IMG/VR virus record: IMGVR_UViG_3300028177_000001
Span: 62,001 to 126,000 of that record
Strand: one strand, 5' to 3'
DNA: 64,000 bases
The translations under genes were made by a program, and so were the position numbers. The notes beneath the pieces are model-generated. The model was not told where the DNA came from, made no database searches, and saw only the letters and a program-made list of their open reading frames with translations. This document shows positions 1-9,931 of this stretch, piece after piece (position 1 is the stretch's first letter; every line of letters begins with the position of its first letter).

Positions 1-794
1 GCAGACGGCAGCACTGAGCCGTCGTAGTCGTACGAGAGAGCAGGGCCGACTGTGAGGTTGTATGTTGCGGACGTCATCGGGTGGACGTCCAGATCCACCC
101 TGGACTTCAAGACCGCGCTCTGAGACGCTGACACCAGGCTGGGGGCCACTGGGTAGGTCGTCGTCACAGCATAGGAGGCAGTGCTGTTCACACCCGGACT
201 AAACCCAGCCTCCGTGAGGAGAGTTTGAGCCAGGCTCCGAGAGTCCTTGAAGTCCAGGCGAACCGTGCGACCGTCATCCGGGCTCGGAAGCGAAACAGTG
301 ACAGTAGTGGTGTCGCCGTAGCTGGAGAAGGTGGCCGGGCTCGGGGAGATTTCGTTCCCTGCCAGGTCCTCCACTGATGACACAGTGGCCTGGTACTGCC
401 CTCCCAGAGAAGATCCGGAGTGCGTGACAATGACAGAGGTGTAGCCCCCGTAGGAACCCGCTGTGCCCAGAGCTACCGATACCGTCGTGAGAGGGGCACC
501 GTACACTGCTGTAAAGAGGTAGTTCCCCGCGAGGACGAGAGCGGCGTTGCTCCGCATCTCCTCGCTAAAGAACACCTCGACCCGGAAGCCGTCCAGGGAG
601 CTCGCCCCTGTCACCTTCGGGGGGATGACATCCAGCGAGCCGTAGGAGTTCACCCCAAAGCCCGAACCGCCGAAACCTCCAGTCGTTGCGAATGGGAGTC
701 TCGGAAACGCAGACGAGCCGTAGGCCGAGTGGCCGTAGGCAGCGCCTCCGTATCCGAGGCCACCCAACGTCAGTCCCGGAAGATATACCGGCAT
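1..794 (-). CDS. Virion structural protein with Ig-like repeats (runs off the left edge; absent from the ORF track)
   Basis: Translated by hand from the ATG at 794 (RBS GGGAGAG): MPVYLPGLTLGGLGYGGAAYG...RVEVFFSEEM...VEDLAGNEI. No stop before the window edge. The Gly/Tyr-rich N-terminus is followed by Big-type Ig motifs, and the late motif precedes the gene. Confidence 0.7.
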   Translation of the reverse strand, partial: MPVYLPGLTLGGLGYGGAAYGHSAYGSSAFPRLPFATTGGFGGSGFGVNSYGSLDVIPPKVTGASSLDGFRVEVFFSEEMRSNAALVLAGNYLFTAVYGAPLTTVSVALGTAGSYGGYTSVIVTHSGSSLGGQYQATVSSVEDLAGNEISPSPATFSSYGDTTTVTVSLPSPDDGRTVRLDFKDSRSLAQTLLTEAGFSPGVNSTASYAVTTTYPVAPSLVSASQSAVLKSRVDLDVHPMTSATYNLTVGPALSYDYDGSVLPS

Positions 795-821
795 TCAGCT
801 CTCCCTGAGCTATCGAAGCGA

Positions 822-836
822 ATAGGGGAGCCACCG
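822..836 (-). promoter_or_regulatory. Putative late promoter CGGT-N8-TAT
   Basis: cggt ggctcccc tat upstream of the ATG at 794. Confidence 0.65.
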
Positions 837-842
837 TCAGGG

Positions 843-1163
843 CTACTTCTTGACGGCTTCCTTCTCTGCAGGCTTCTCGGCTTCCTTCTCTGCAGGCTTC
901 TCGGCTTCCTTCTCTGCCCGCTTGGTCTCGGCTTCCATGGCCTGAGCGATGCGTTCGTGCTGCTCATCAGCTTCGGCGACGAACTTGTCCACGGCGGGCT
1001 TGTCGTTGTCGAGATCCTGGGTGGGGCGGGATCCGGGAAGCCATGGGATGTCCTGGCCTGCGTTGTCCAGGTTGTCGAAAGTCAGAGTAGGCTGACTACG
1101 AACAGGCCCCAGCATCCAGTTCTGGATGCTGTCGATGGGCACCGACCACTGCTTGACACTCAC
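843..1163 (-). CDS. Hypothetical protein with C-terminal (EKEAEKPA)n repeats
   Basis: 106-aa ORF in the co-directional gene run, GTG start with GGGAG RBS. Confidence 0.6.
   Translation of the reverse strand: MSVKQWSVPIDSIQNWMLGPVRSQPTLTFDNLDNAGQDIPWLPGSRPTQDLDNDKPAVDKFVAEADEQHERIAQAMEAETKRAEKEAEKPAEKEAEKPAEKEAVKK
854..917. repeat. 24-bp tandem repeat (~2.7 copies), coding for AEKEAEKP
   Basis: Unit cggcttccttctctgcaggcttct at 854 and 878, partial copy at 902. Confidence 0.9.
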
Positions 1164-1238
1164 CCAGGCTCCCGAAAAGGACTATGAGAGTCCGACAATC
1201 CCGGTGCACAGGATGTGGGTGGTGGGAGGTTGGTCTAC

Positions 1239-4079
1239 TCAAGTGTTGGGGTAGGACATTCGGTAGATGTCCCCTTCGGCCGTGATGTCAGCCCCGATCT
1301 CGAGAGCTGATCCGTTGAGCCGAAACTCTTTGTAAAGAGTAGGGTTCGCAGGGCCGACGTTATCAAGATCGTTTACTCCGTTCCGCGATAGGGTGATCAT
1401 TCCGATCAAAGCACTATTTGTATCGGGAGTCGCGGAAAGAGCCACGGAAGACACGGTGCCGTTCCATGTGAAGTCTGCCGAGGCAAACACATCCAACGTG
1501 ACTCCGGAAAGCAAGGCCCCCGAACTCGCGGCGGAGATGTTGATGGGCGAACCCCCAGTCGCTCCAAACTCATGGACAAAGTAGAGATCTCCCAGGACCG
1601 ATCCGCCGGTGCCGTCACCCACATACAGGGTTCCCGCGCCCGCTTCGAAGGCGGTCGGCGGAGAGTTGGTCTGGATGATGTACGTGGGGTCCAGGGGACC
1701 GGGGACCGTGAGCTTGCCTGTGACTGCGTTGTAGATCATGGGGTTAGGAGCGTTCGCCCCGAACGTGATCTCGTTCGCCGCAGAGACAGTGACTTCCATG
1801 ACGGAAGGGTAGGTGCCCTGCGTCATAGTCTGACCGGCGAACACTCCCAGCGCTGTATCCAGGCCGGTGTCCGCGCTCAGGAAGAACACCTCCGACATCG
1901 GCCCGTGGGAAACAGCGGTGAGTAGGATGACCCCTCCCCCTGCGTCAGTCGCGACCACGTACCGAGTTGCATTGAACTTGGCCAGGACTGCGACCAGATT
2001 GTCAGCTGCGTCTACACTGACCTGAAAGCCTCCCATGTCCGTAGCGAACCGGGCCACTCCCGTGACCCCTCCCACGAAGACTCCAGCGGCCTGCACCGAA
2101 GCTGGAGTGCCGTCCTGAGCGCGCACCAGGAAGATAGAGCCTACCGAGCCTCCCGCAGAATCTCCCGGTGCCAGGTAGAGGTTGCCTCCGTCGCCGCCCG
2201 CTCCGTCGGTGCCTCGACCCGCTTGCAGGAAGATCGATGCCGAGTCCACAGGGCTGAGTAGGGAATCCCCACCGCGCACCACCACGTTGCCTACACGGCT
2301 TCCTCCGTCGGCGGACTTCGTTCCGACTCGGAGGTTGTAGTTGCGGTATCCGGGGGTCCCAGTTGAGTCACCCAGGATCAGAGCCGAGGCCCCCAGCGCT
2401 CCGTCGTTGGGCCAGATCTCCCTTCCCAGAAGGAACTGCGGTCCGTTCCCGTAAGGGTTCGGGTCCAGAGTCATCTCAGGCTTGGTGATTGCCCCTACCT
2501 GGATCAAGCCGACTACGTTCAAGCCGCCGTTGGTGTTTGCCGGGGGGATCGGGTCCGAGGGCGAAGAAGCATCAACAATCTGTACAGCTCCCTGATCGGC
2601 CACGATAGTGCGCCCGCCGCCCGAGGCAGGGGTCCCCGCGTCGTAGGCTTCGTCCAGGGTGGTGACCGCTGTGGCAAGTCCCCAGACCTCGTCAAGTGCG
2701 TCCTGCACATTGACTGCTGTCATGCCGGTCACGGCGTTGTTGAAGAAGACGGTACTGGAGGGCACCGTTGCCGACAAGGTGGTGGGGGACCCTCCGGGGA
2801 AACTCAATGTCCCGTGGTCCACCGCCCCCAGCGAGAGAGAAGTCGTCCCAGTGACGCCCGTCTTATCGAAGACCAGGCCGTCCAGCACACACCACCGAAT
2901 AGTGGCCGCCACGTTCCCGGTCACTGCTGCGCCAGCGGGGTTGAACGCTACGTCGGAAGAAGAGGCTCCGCTAACAGCGGTGTAGTCCATTGTGAAGGTC
3001 GTGGCGTCGGACCAGATCCCGTAGGTGCCTCCCACTTCAAAGACTGAGTCCCGGATGCTTACAGTGGAGCCTGCTACAGCATAGAGACCTCGGACCGAAA
3101 AGTGGGAGTCCCAGATGTCGGCCGTGGTGCCCGCCCCGACCTGCAAGGAAAGGCTGGCCGCCGAAGCTGCTACATTCGAGAGCAGGTGGCAGTTGCGGAG
3201 CTCAAGACTTCCTGTCCCAGCCGTGATAATCGCAGGTCCCTGGGGGCTTCCCGACCCGGACGCGATCAAAGAGCAGCCGACTACCTTGAGGGCTCCCGCT
3301 CCAGTCTGGCTAAGGACTGCGTTCGCGCTGGCGTCAAGCCTCGCGAAGTACAGGTTGGACAGGACCAGGGTGTCGCCGCTTAGAGGCAGAACAGCGGTGT
3401 GTGTTGCAGAGGAGTTGCGGATCCGAACGACCTTAGTCAGCTCCCCGCCAGGCCAGCCGAACACGTGGACGTAGGGCTTGAAAACAAGGTCTTCGGTGTA
3501 CGTTCCTGGGCGGACGAGGACTACCCAGGGCAAGGCCGTCGAAGGGCTCTGCGCTTGAGCGTAGTCGACGGCTGCCTGGATGGTGGTGTAGTCTCCTTGG
3601 GCGGCATCCACGTAGAGCAACCGACCCGTCGACCCGGTTGTCTTGATAAGACCCAGGATAGCGAGCAGGTTGTCATTTTGATCGTCAGCCCAGCCCGCAG
3701 GGGTGATGTCAACCGGAACCGGCACGGGGCCGACAGCTTCTCCGGCGGGAACAAGCTTGACCCCGCCGACTGCGGTGAGAGCCCTCAGACGTACGAACTG
3801 TTCGGTGGTGCCTGTTCCGTCGGTGTACGAGAGCCGAACCAGGTAGGGTCCTTCCTTGTCTACTGTGAAGGAGCCTGGGCTCTGAGCCACGGCAGACCCG
3901 GAGAAGGCAGCGACACTTCCGGACGGCGAAAACGCAATGGACCATGCGTATGCGGTCCCCGCGTTGACGGAGTTTAGAAGGACGACATCGTTGACTTCGA
4001 GGTCGTCACGGCTGGCGCCGATGACACTACCTTTCGGTGTGGGTGCAGTGACGGAGCTGTCAATCGAAGCGGTGGCCAT
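1239..4079 (-). CDS. Tail fibre/spike-like virion protein: PKD-like N-terminal anchor, pectin-lyase-like beta-helix, Gly-rich region
   Basis: GDYTTIQAAVDYA...VLVRPGTYTEDL is a typical beta-helix start. The protein is G/A/S/T rich and its N-terminal domain is paralogous to 4127..4915. Confidence 0.7.
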   Translation of the reverse strand: MATASIDSSVTAPTPKGSVIGASRDDLEVNDVVLLNSVNAGTAYAWSIAFSPSGSVAAFSGSAVAQSPGSFTVDKEGPYLVRLSYTDGTGTTEQFVRLRALTAVGGVKLVPAGEAVGPVPVPVDITPAGWADDQNDNLLAILGLIKTTGSTGRLLYVDAAQGDYTTIQAAVDYAQAQSPSTALPWVVLVRPGTYTEDLVFKPYVHVFGWPGGELTKVVRIRNSSATHTAVLPLSGDTLVLSNLYFARLDASANAVLSQTGAGALKVVGCSLIASGSGSPQGPAIITAGTGSLELRNCHLLSNVAASAASLSLQVGAGTTADIWDSHFSVRGLYAVAGSTVSIRDSVFEVGGTYGIWSDATTFTMDYTAVSGASSSDVAFNPAGAAVTGNVAATIRWCVLDGLVFDKTGVTGTTSLSLGAVDHGTLSFPGGSPTTLSATVPSSTVFFNNAVTGMTAVNVQDALDEVWGLATAVTTLDEAYDAGTPASGGGRTIVADQGAVQIVDASSPSDPIPPANTNGGLNVVGLIQVGAITKPEMTLDPNPYGNGPQFLLGREIWPNDGALGASALILGDSTGTPGYRNYNLRVGTKSADGGSRVGNVVVRGGDSLLSPVDSASIFLQAGRGTDGAGGDGGNLYLAPGDSAGGSVGSIFLVRAQDGTPASVQAAGVFVGGVTGVARFATDMGGFQVSVDAADNLVAVLAKFNATRYVVATDAGGGVILLTAVSHGPMSEVFFLSADTGLDTALGVFAGQTMTQGTYPSVMEVTVSAANEITFGANAPNPMIYNAVTGKLTVPGPLDPTYIIQTNSPPTAFEAGAGTLYVGDGTGGSVLGDLYFVHEFGATGGSPINISAASSGALLSGVTLDVFASADFTWNGTVSSVALSATPDTNSALIGMITLSRNGVNDLDNVGPANPTLYKEFRLNGSALEIGADITAEGDIYRMSYPNT

Positions 4080-4102
4080 ACGAGTCCCGCCCTATCGGTG
4101 AA

Positions 4103-4117
4103 ATAGTGGTGTCACCA
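4103..4117 (-). promoter_or_regulatory. Putative late promoter (TGGT variant)
   Basis: tggt gacaccac tat upstream of 4079. Confidence 0.55.
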
Positions 4118-4126
4118 CAAGCATGG

Positions 4127-4915
4127 TCAAACCTCGAACAGGAGTTCGATGTAGATTCCAGAACCCGTGAACGCAGGGTTGTCCGAGGTCAAGGTGATAG
4201 TCCACTTCCCCAGAGCTGCAAAGGCGAGGTCCGCAGCGGTAGCTGAGAGCGTCAGATTGGTGACTGTGTCCGCCACCAGGGTGTTCATGTCGAAGGGGCT
4301 ACTGACGAGAACTGTGTTCCCGGTGGCCACGTTCTGAACAGTGAGGTCGTACGCACCAGCCGCGTTGATGACCGTCATGTAGGCTCGGACACCCACAAGC
4401 GTAGAAGTCTCGGACACCCAGCCTCGGTACGAGACTGACCCGGCAGCGACCGGGGCCATATTGAGGTGGTACGGAACCCGGTAGGTCGTGGCTGCTTCGA
4501 GCGCCTTCAGGTTTGCGTTCTGCTCGTTCGCCCAGCCCTCGGTGTCTACGTCAACCGGAATGATGCCGGTTCCGTCGCGACGCTCCCCTGCAGCTACCAG
4601 CTTGAGACCCAGGTCCGTAGTGAGGGCACGGAGACGGACGTACTGAGTACTCTCCGTTGAGAGCCCCGCGTCTACAATCAGTCGGACCAGGTACGCGCCC
4701 GTCACATCGATTGTGAAGGAGCCTGGGCTGACAGCAGTGGTGGAACCGGAGAAGGTCGCTGAAGAACCCTCAGGGACGAACACCAGGGTCCAGGCGTAGG
4801 TCGTCGCCGCGTCCAGGGCCGAAACCAGCACGACATCCGTGGCAACCAAGTCATCCCGACTGCCGTCATCAATGGGAGTGATCCCGTTGCGCAGACTACG
4901 AATGCTTGCAGCCAT
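4127..4915 (-). CDS. Virion appendage protein sharing its N-terminal domain with the 946-aa fibre
   Basis: SRDDL...YAW...SPGSFT.D..G.YLVRL...QYVRLRALT...PVD....GWA..QN.NL is present in both proteins. Confidence 0.7.
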   Translation of the reverse strand: MAASIRSLRNGITPIDDGSRDDLVATDVVLVSALDAATTYAWTLVFVPEGSSATFSGSTTAVSPGSFTIDVTGAYLVRLIVDAGLSTESTQYVRLRALTTDLGLKLVAAGERRDGTGIIPVDVDTEGWANEQNANLKALEAATTYRVPYHLNMAPVAAGSVSYRGWVSETSTLVGVRAYMTVINAAGAYDLTVQNVATGNTVLVSSPFDMNTLVADTVTNLTLSATAADLAFAALGKWTITLTSDNPAFTGSGIYIELLFEV

Positions 4916-4942
4916 TTGGAGACCTCCGCCCTCGAAACGGAG

Positions 4943-4957
4943 ATAGGCGAGAAACTG
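4943..4957 (-). promoter_or_regulatory. Putative late promoter (CAGT variant)
   Basis: cagt ttctcgcc tat upstream of 4915. Confidence 0.5.
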
Positions 4958-4986
4958 TGCCCACCCCGCAGGGTAACATTGGAGCG

Positions 4987-5403
4987 ATGTCAGCTCGCTA
5001 CCAGGCCCTTGTTGCTCTTCTGGACGACCCTGTAAACAGGGCTTGCGTGCAGCGCGAGCTTCTCCGCCGGGATCGGAACGGAGGCTTCAGGCCTCTCTTG
5101 CCTCCGATCCCCAGAGAGGGAGGCGGCTGGGTATGGCCTACCTTTAGGGAATCCCTAAGAAAGTCCAGACCTGCGGAATATCCCCGGGAGGCTGTGGTGG
5201 ACTCAGCCTTTGAGGTCTACACGGACGGGGAAGGGTGGTTCGGACACAGTCACGCAGGGGATCTGGAAGTAGGTCCCTTCGACAGCGACAGCGCCGCTGT
5301 GGCCGAAGTCCGCAACCTCGCACTGGAACAGGGCTATGTGCTCTTGGCCCAGCTGCCGTGGGAGGAAGAGGACACAGACACCTGGCCTATCGGGCGCAGG
5401 TAG
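4987..5403 (+). CDS. Hypothetical protein (only convincing plus-strand gene)
   Basis: Fills the gap between two minus-strand genes. Likely start MSARYQ at 4987 after GGAG, and it ends at the terminator hairpin. Confidence 0.65.
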   Translation: MSARYQALVALLDDPVNRACVQRELLRRDRNGGFRPLLPPIPREGGGWVWPTFRESLRKSRPAEYPREAVVDSAFEVYTDGEGWFGHSHAGDLEVGPFDSDSAAVAEVRNLALEQGYVLLAQLPWEEEDTDTWPIGRR

Positions 5404-5416
5404 ATCCGAAAACGAG

Positions 5417-5451
5417 TGGAACCCTGCTCGGCCAGGCCGAACAGGGTTCCA
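5417..5451. terminator. Intrinsic terminator hairpin between the capsid gene and the convergent plus-strand gene
   Basis: Inverted repeat tggaaccctgctcggcc-a-ggccgaacagggttcca, followed by TTTT on the minus strand. A second hairpin ctcctcagg/cctgaggag lies at 5462-5483. Confidence 0.75.
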
Positions 5452-5489
5452 ACGGGGTCTACTCCTCAGGTTGCCCTGAGGAGGCTTGA

Positions 5490-6362
5490 CTACCGAGCGA
5501 TGGTCAGACGGGCGAGGCCCTTGGGGTTGAATGCCCCCAGACCGATGTTCTCGAAGCAGCTGAAGCCGATGGTGCGAGCCTTCGGGTCATCGGCGGAGAG
5601 CACGGTCAGCTCGGTGCGGACGGGAATCCGACCGAACATCTCGGGCTCGCAGCAGATGTACACGGTGCCCACGGGGACCAGACGGGAGACGATGATGCTC
5701 GCGCCCCAGATGGTGCCCATGAGGCCGGTCTTCAGCAGGTCACGCTGCGTCTCGATGTCCAGGATGTCGCGACCGAACTTGCGCAGGTCAGCGTAGTCCC
5801 GAGCGTTCATGAAGACGCGGGCGACCCGAAGGTCGTGGCGCTCCACGAGCGAGAAGGCGTCAGCGAGGACGGCACCCGAGATGGGGGCCACGACGGCGGT
5901 GTCGGCGTTCTCGCCACCGGCGATGCTGTCGAACCCGTTGGTCGCGATGCTGTCGAGGACGGCGAAGACACGCTCGTCTTCCGCTGCCTGGATCTGAGCC
6001 CGTGCCAGGTCCTGGGCGCGCTCGATCAGGTCGAACCGGCGCTCCTTGATCTGGGTCAGGGGGATCTCGGGGTTCGAGGCGATCTCGAACAGCGGGAAGA
6101 TGACCCGGCGCGGCTTGGTGATGGCGAGGATGTTCTCGCCTTCCTCGCCGACCACGTAGGCCGTGACGTCGGGGTCCTTGTCGTAGATGGGCAGGGCGCC
6201 ATCGGGAAGCTGCTCGACCAGGAAGGTCTTGCGACCCACTGCCATGTAGTCGCGGCGCATGCGCAGCGGCTGGGTCATGGAAGCGGCGAGCTTGTGACGA
6301 CCCGCCTGTGTGCCGATGAACTCACTGATGAGCTTGGCCTTCACGTCGTTGGATACGGACAT
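5490..6362 (-). CDS. Major capsid protein (HK97-fold)
   Basis: 290 aa, located after protease, scaffold and decoration genes. Shows E-loop/spine-helix pattern (YVVGEEG, DLIERAQDLARAQIQAAED, GTIWGASIIVS), strong codon bias and a downstream terminator. Confidence 0.85.
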   Translation of the reverse strand: MSVSNDVKAKLISEFIGTQAGRHKLAASMTQPLRMRRDYMAVGRKTFLVEQLPDGALPIYDKDPDVTAYVVGEEGENILAITKPRRVIFPLFEIASNPEIPLTQIKERRFDLIERAQDLARAQIQAAEDERVFAVLDSIATNGFDSIAGGENADTAVVAPISGAVLADAFSLVERHDLRVARVFMNARDYADLRKFGRDILDIETQRDLLKTGLMGTIWGASIIVSRLVPVGTVYICCEPEMFGRIPVRTELTVLSADDPKARTIGFSCFENIGLGAFNPKGLARLTIAR

Positions 6363-6373
6363 GATGTTTCTCC

Positions 6374-7048
6374 TCAGACGCGCTGGTCGAAGACGATCTC
6401 GGACTGCGTCGAGTCCGAGGGCATCTTGAGCAGGCCCAGAATGGTGACGCCGCCAGCGGCAGCAGGAACGGAGTTGGTGTTCTCGAGGAACCCACCAGCC
6501 GTGTAGTCAGCTCCTGCGGAGTCGACCATCGGGTACAAGTACCCGTTGTCCGACGCACCCAGAGGCATGCCCGTGGTGTAGGTCAGGTCGTCAGCAGCGG
6601 TGTAGGCTGCAGCGGTGACCAGAGCCTGCGTCTCGAAGAGCTGCGAGGCGTAGGTGCCCTGCCCGGAGACGTAGGGGCTCTTGTTGCTCGCGACGGCAGG
6701 CTGGTTCTCGAAGGAGTTCCCGGCTGCAGTGTTGATGAACATGCCCAGGGGACGGGTCAGGATCGCCTGCAGAGCAGTGATCCCGGAAGCCGCGACAGTG
6801 ACGGGACCGCCGATGTCGTTGCTACCCGAGTCGGGGCGGGAGAAGGCGACGGAGCCGCTCAGGCAGCCGAGGACAGTCGTGTCCACGTTGGTGCTGATGA
6901 GCGTCGTCGTCGTACGGATGGGGGGGTTGGTCTGGGTGAAGGCATCGGCCGACAGAGTTCCCACCGAGTTCCGCACACCAACGTGCAGAATCCGGAGCGC
7001 ACTCGAAGACTCCAACCATCCACCACTCGCCTGTCCAAGCAGAGGCAT
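6374..7048 (-). CDS. Capsid decoration/cement protein
   Basis: Directly upstream of the capsid gene with its own late motif. Beta-rich, and paralogous to 29878..30447. Confidence 0.6.
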   Translation of the reverse strand: MPLLGQASGGWLESSSALRILHVGVRNSVGTLSADAFTQTNPPIRTTTTLISTNVDTTVLGCLSGSVAFSRPDSGSNDIGGPVTVAASGITALQAILTRPLGMFINTAAGNSFENQPAVASNKSPYVSGQGTYASQLFETQALVTAAAYTAADDLTYTTGMPLGASDNGYLYPMVDSAGADYTAGGFLENTNSVPAAAGGVTILGLLKMPSDSTQSEIVFDQRV

Positions 7049-7145
7049 TTTGCTCTCCTCATTGTTTACAGCTGAGAGATGAACTGGGGCTGAGGGCAGA
7101 TTTGCCGTCCAGCCAGACCTTTACGATCTACCTTCCCTCCCCGGT

Positions 7146-7160
7146 ATAAAGAGGGTATTG
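7146..7160 (-). promoter_or_regulatory. Putative late promoter (CAAT variant) for decoration and capsid genes
   Basis: caat accctctt tat. Confidence 0.6.
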
Positions 7161-7241
7161 CTTGGAGTTGGACCTTGCAGGGGCTAAAGAAATCCCTGAA
7201 GCCGAAACTCTGGCCCGAATAAGAGGTCTGCCCTAAACGAG

Positions 7242-7274
7242 CTGGTGCCCCGAGGGGGTTCCTCGGGGCACCAG
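7242..7274 (-). terminator. Hairpin terminator after the scaffold gene
   Basis: Perfect 14-bp stem ctggtgccccgagg-gggtt-cctcggggcaccag. Confidence 0.7.
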
Positions 7275-7294
7275 GTTTCGCCGATCTGGGAAGA

Positions 7295-8413
7295 TCAGAA
7301 GTGCTTGCTCACGTCCGGAGCCGACTCCCAGAGCTGCTCGAGCTGGTTGACCTCGGAGGAAGCCTCCTTGGTCACCGGGCCGCCGAGCTTCGCCGCGCCG
7401 ACGCTCGCCTTCTTGGGCTGCGGGCGGAGCTTCACGGCTGCTTCCTTGGCGGCGGGGGTCTCCTCGCCGTACAGGGAAGCCAGAACGGCCTGCTCGTCGC
7501 CGTCGAGCTCGGTGGCCAGAACGCCCATGGGGTCGTCCATGTCGCCGTCGAGCGAGACGTCGAAGTCGGGGAGGTCCATGAGGGCCATGGCCTCCTCGCC
7601 ACACGCCTCTTCGTCGCCCATGGCCTCTTCGCCGCAGGCCTCCTCAGCCTCCATGCCCTCTTCCGCGAGCATCTCCTCCTCGGGAGCCTCGTGGTGCATG
7701 CCCTCTTCCATGAGCATCTCCTCGAGCATGGCCTCCTCGTCGTCCATCATGCCCTCTTCCATGAGCATCTCCTCGAGCATGGCCTCTTCGTCCATGAACG
7801 CCTTCTTGGAGGACTCCTCTTCCTCGACGACCTCCTCCTCGACTTCCTCGGAGTCGTCGTCCTTGTCGTCCTCGTCGTCCTCGGCGAGGCGGATCAGGAT
7901 GCGCTCGATGCGGGCGATGCGAGCCTCGTTGGAGGCGATCTTGGCAGTCGCGGCCTTGTTCAGGGAAGCCTTCTTGGACTCCTCTTCCTCCATCTCCTCT
8001 TCCTCAACATCCTCGCCAAGGCGCTTCAGGCTGGCCTTGATGGAAGCGTCGGGGAGGTCCATGAGGGCCATGGCCTGGTCCTCGACTGCGGCGACCTTGG
8101 TCTCGTCACCCTCGGGATCACCCAGCATCGAGATGGCGATGCGGATGCACTGGGCGGCGCGGCGGTCGAGCGCAGCAGCCTTGTAGGCGGGGGAAGCGGG
8201 GCCCTCGTCGGGGGTGGCGGGGTGCTCACCGTTGGTGTAGGGACCGGGGTGAACATCTTCAGCCCAGCTGGAGGTGTCTCCGTTCTTGTAGTCATCCTGA
8301 CCGGGATCCACGCCGTCTCCTGCCGGAGATGCGGGGCCCTCGTCGGGGGTGGCGGGGTGGGCAGAAGCCTTGCGGGCCTCTTCGGCCCAGGTCATGCGCT
8401 GGCGGGTGGACAT
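7295..8413 (-). CDS. Prohead scaffolding/core protein
   Basis: Very acidic with internal repeats (HPATPDEGPASPA x2, DEEAMLEEMLMEEGM x2). Lies between the protease and the decoration/capsid genes. Confidence 0.65.
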   Translation of the reverse strand: MSTRQRMTWAEEARKASAHPATPDEGPASPAGDGVDPGQDDYKNGDTSSWAEDVHPGPYTNGEHPATPDEGPASPAYKAAALDRRAAQCIRIAISMLGDPEGDETKVAAVEDQAMALMDLPDASIKASLKRLGEDVEEEEMEEEESKKASLNKAATAKIASNEARIARIERILIRLAEDDEDDKDDDSEEVEEEVVEEEESSKKAFMDEEAMLEEMLMEEGMMDDEEAMLEEMLMEEGMHHEAPEEEMLAEEGMEAEEACGEEAMGDEEACGEEAMALMDLPDFDVSLDGDMDDPMGVLATELDGDEQAVLASLYGEETPAAKEAAVKLRPQPKKASVGAAKLGGPVTKEASSEVNQLEQLWESAPDVSKHF

Positions 8414-8424
8414 TTCGAACTCCT

Positions 8425-9930
8425 TCAGAGAGGGGGTGTCGGGTTGTTGTAGCCTTCCCAGAGGGAAAGCAGAGTGCCGACCCGGACAACAACCCGGAGT
8501 TCGGCAAGACTAAGATCTCTACCAAGGACCCGAGCGCACTTGCGCACGTAGCTCTGCTCTGAGCTGGAGCCCTTGATTCCGCCGTGTGCAAGCACGGCGC
8601 GGTACACTCGGGGGTCAACACGAACCCCGAACGTCTTGTTGGTGGCGGCGCACCCCTCTACGAGAGCGGCGTCCGAAGAGGCGACTCGCACCAGGTTCTT
8701 CAGGGTGCTGTTGTAGCGAGCCCCTGCCTCCCGGTTCATCTGGCTGCGATGCGCCTGCGAAGAAAGAGTAGGGGCTGGGCGAACCGAGACCCGAGCTTCC
8801 TTGTTGAGAGTGTCGTTGGGACCGTCGGAGGGAGCAATAGCCTTCGCGACTTCCTTCTCTCGCATCTCTTGTTCCAGGCGCTTCCGAACCCGGTCCTTGA
8901 CCCGGTCGTAGACCTCATCCTCGAGATCCTTGAAGGGCGGAGCTGCGGTCTCTGCGGCAGGGGCTTCTCCGCCCTCTTCCTTTTCGTCGTCCCCGCCGAA
9001 CTCAAAGGCGACCCGGCTGCGGGACTGACCCACCACCCCCATAGACGCAGCCTTTGCGATCGCAGAGTCGGACCAGGAAGGGCGGGGAGTGGAGAGGATC
9101 CTGCGGATCTCAGATTCCTGAGCTGCGACATCGCCCGTGCTCAGGATGTTACGCATCACCGCTCCGGTGAAGGCGGGGACCGCGACCCAGCTGGCCTCGA
9201 TGAAGTGCACACCACCCGTCTCGTCGTGGTCCACATGCCCGCAGAGCTCGGCAATAACACGGGTCTGACTGTTGTCGTCAATGAAGGTGTTCAGCTTCGC
9301 CGTCTTGACGTGATCGCAGAGGTCTGTCTCGTCGACGGCGTAGTGGCCGCACTTCGTACAGATTGTGAAGTCGGTGGTGCAGCCCATGGAGAGCGTGCCC
9401 ATCTTCTTCGAGCGGATGTCCGCGATCAGGCCTGTGTGCTTCAGGGAAGTGGCGACCAGGATATCGACGTAGACCGAATCTCCGATATCGCGAGCGACCG
9501 CATCGATGATGCGACCCTTCGACTTCTCCTCTACCTGCACGTGCTCCTGGAAGTTGTGGCCTCCGACGAAGGTCGGGTAGCTGGCCAGAAGCACCTGGCG
9601 AGACCAGGAGTCACCGTTGTTGTTGACGTACTGGGAGCTTTCGGGCTTGATGTGGTAGTCGGTGTAGCGGCGATCCACCGTGGCGGAGCCGACCTTGATC
9701 TTGCCCGGCTCAGCACCCGCGACCTTGTCGACGTCCACTGACGCCACAATGGTGCAATGAGTGAACAGCCACTGGTCCGGGTCCAGGGACCCACCCAGAA
9801 TCTCACGAGCCTGGTCGGAGAGGTTCTGCGTCGAAGCCCCTGAGGCGGCAACCCGACGAACACCGTCCCACCCGCGTCCCGTCACGCGGGGGTGTGTGAC
9901 CATGGCATTGGCTGTCTTGAGGTGTCCCAT
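8425..9930 (-). CDS. Prohead (maturation) protease, HK97/herpes-like serine protease with Cys-rich insert
   Basis: NNNGDSW, NFQEH..GRIIDA, LSMGC..CTKCG..CDH and FIEASWVAVPAF.GA motifs, plus synteny. Confidence 0.8.
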   Translation of the reverse strand: MGHLKTANAMVTHPRVTGRGWDGVRRVAASGASTQNLSDQAREILGGSLDPDQWLFTHCTIVASVDVDKVAGAEPGKIKVGSATVDRRYTDYHIKPESSQYVNNNGDSWSRQVLLASYPTFVGGHNFQEHVQVEEKSKGRIIDAVARDIGDSVYVDILVATSLKHTGLIADIRSKKMGTLSMGCTTDFTICTKCGHYAVDETDLCDHVKTAKLNTFIDDNSQTRVIAELCGHVDHDETGGVHFIEASWVAVPAFTGAVMRNILSTGDVAAQESEIRRILSTPRPSWSDSAIAKAASMGVVGQSRSRVAFEFGGDDEKEEGGEAPAAETAAPPFKDLEDEVYDRVKDRVRKRLEQEMREKEVAKAIAPSDGPNDTLNKEARVSVRPAPTLSSQAHRSQMNREAGARYNSTLKNLVRVASSDAALVEGCAATNKTFGVRVDPRVYRAVLAHGGIKGSSSEQSYVRKCARVLGRDLSLAELRVVVRVGTLLSLWEGYNNPTPPL

Positions 9931-9931
9931 G

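Noticed and set aside
5490-6362. Encapsulin or contractile injection system instead of phage
   Set aside because: Terminase, portal, prohead protease and replication genes are all present, indicating a true phage.
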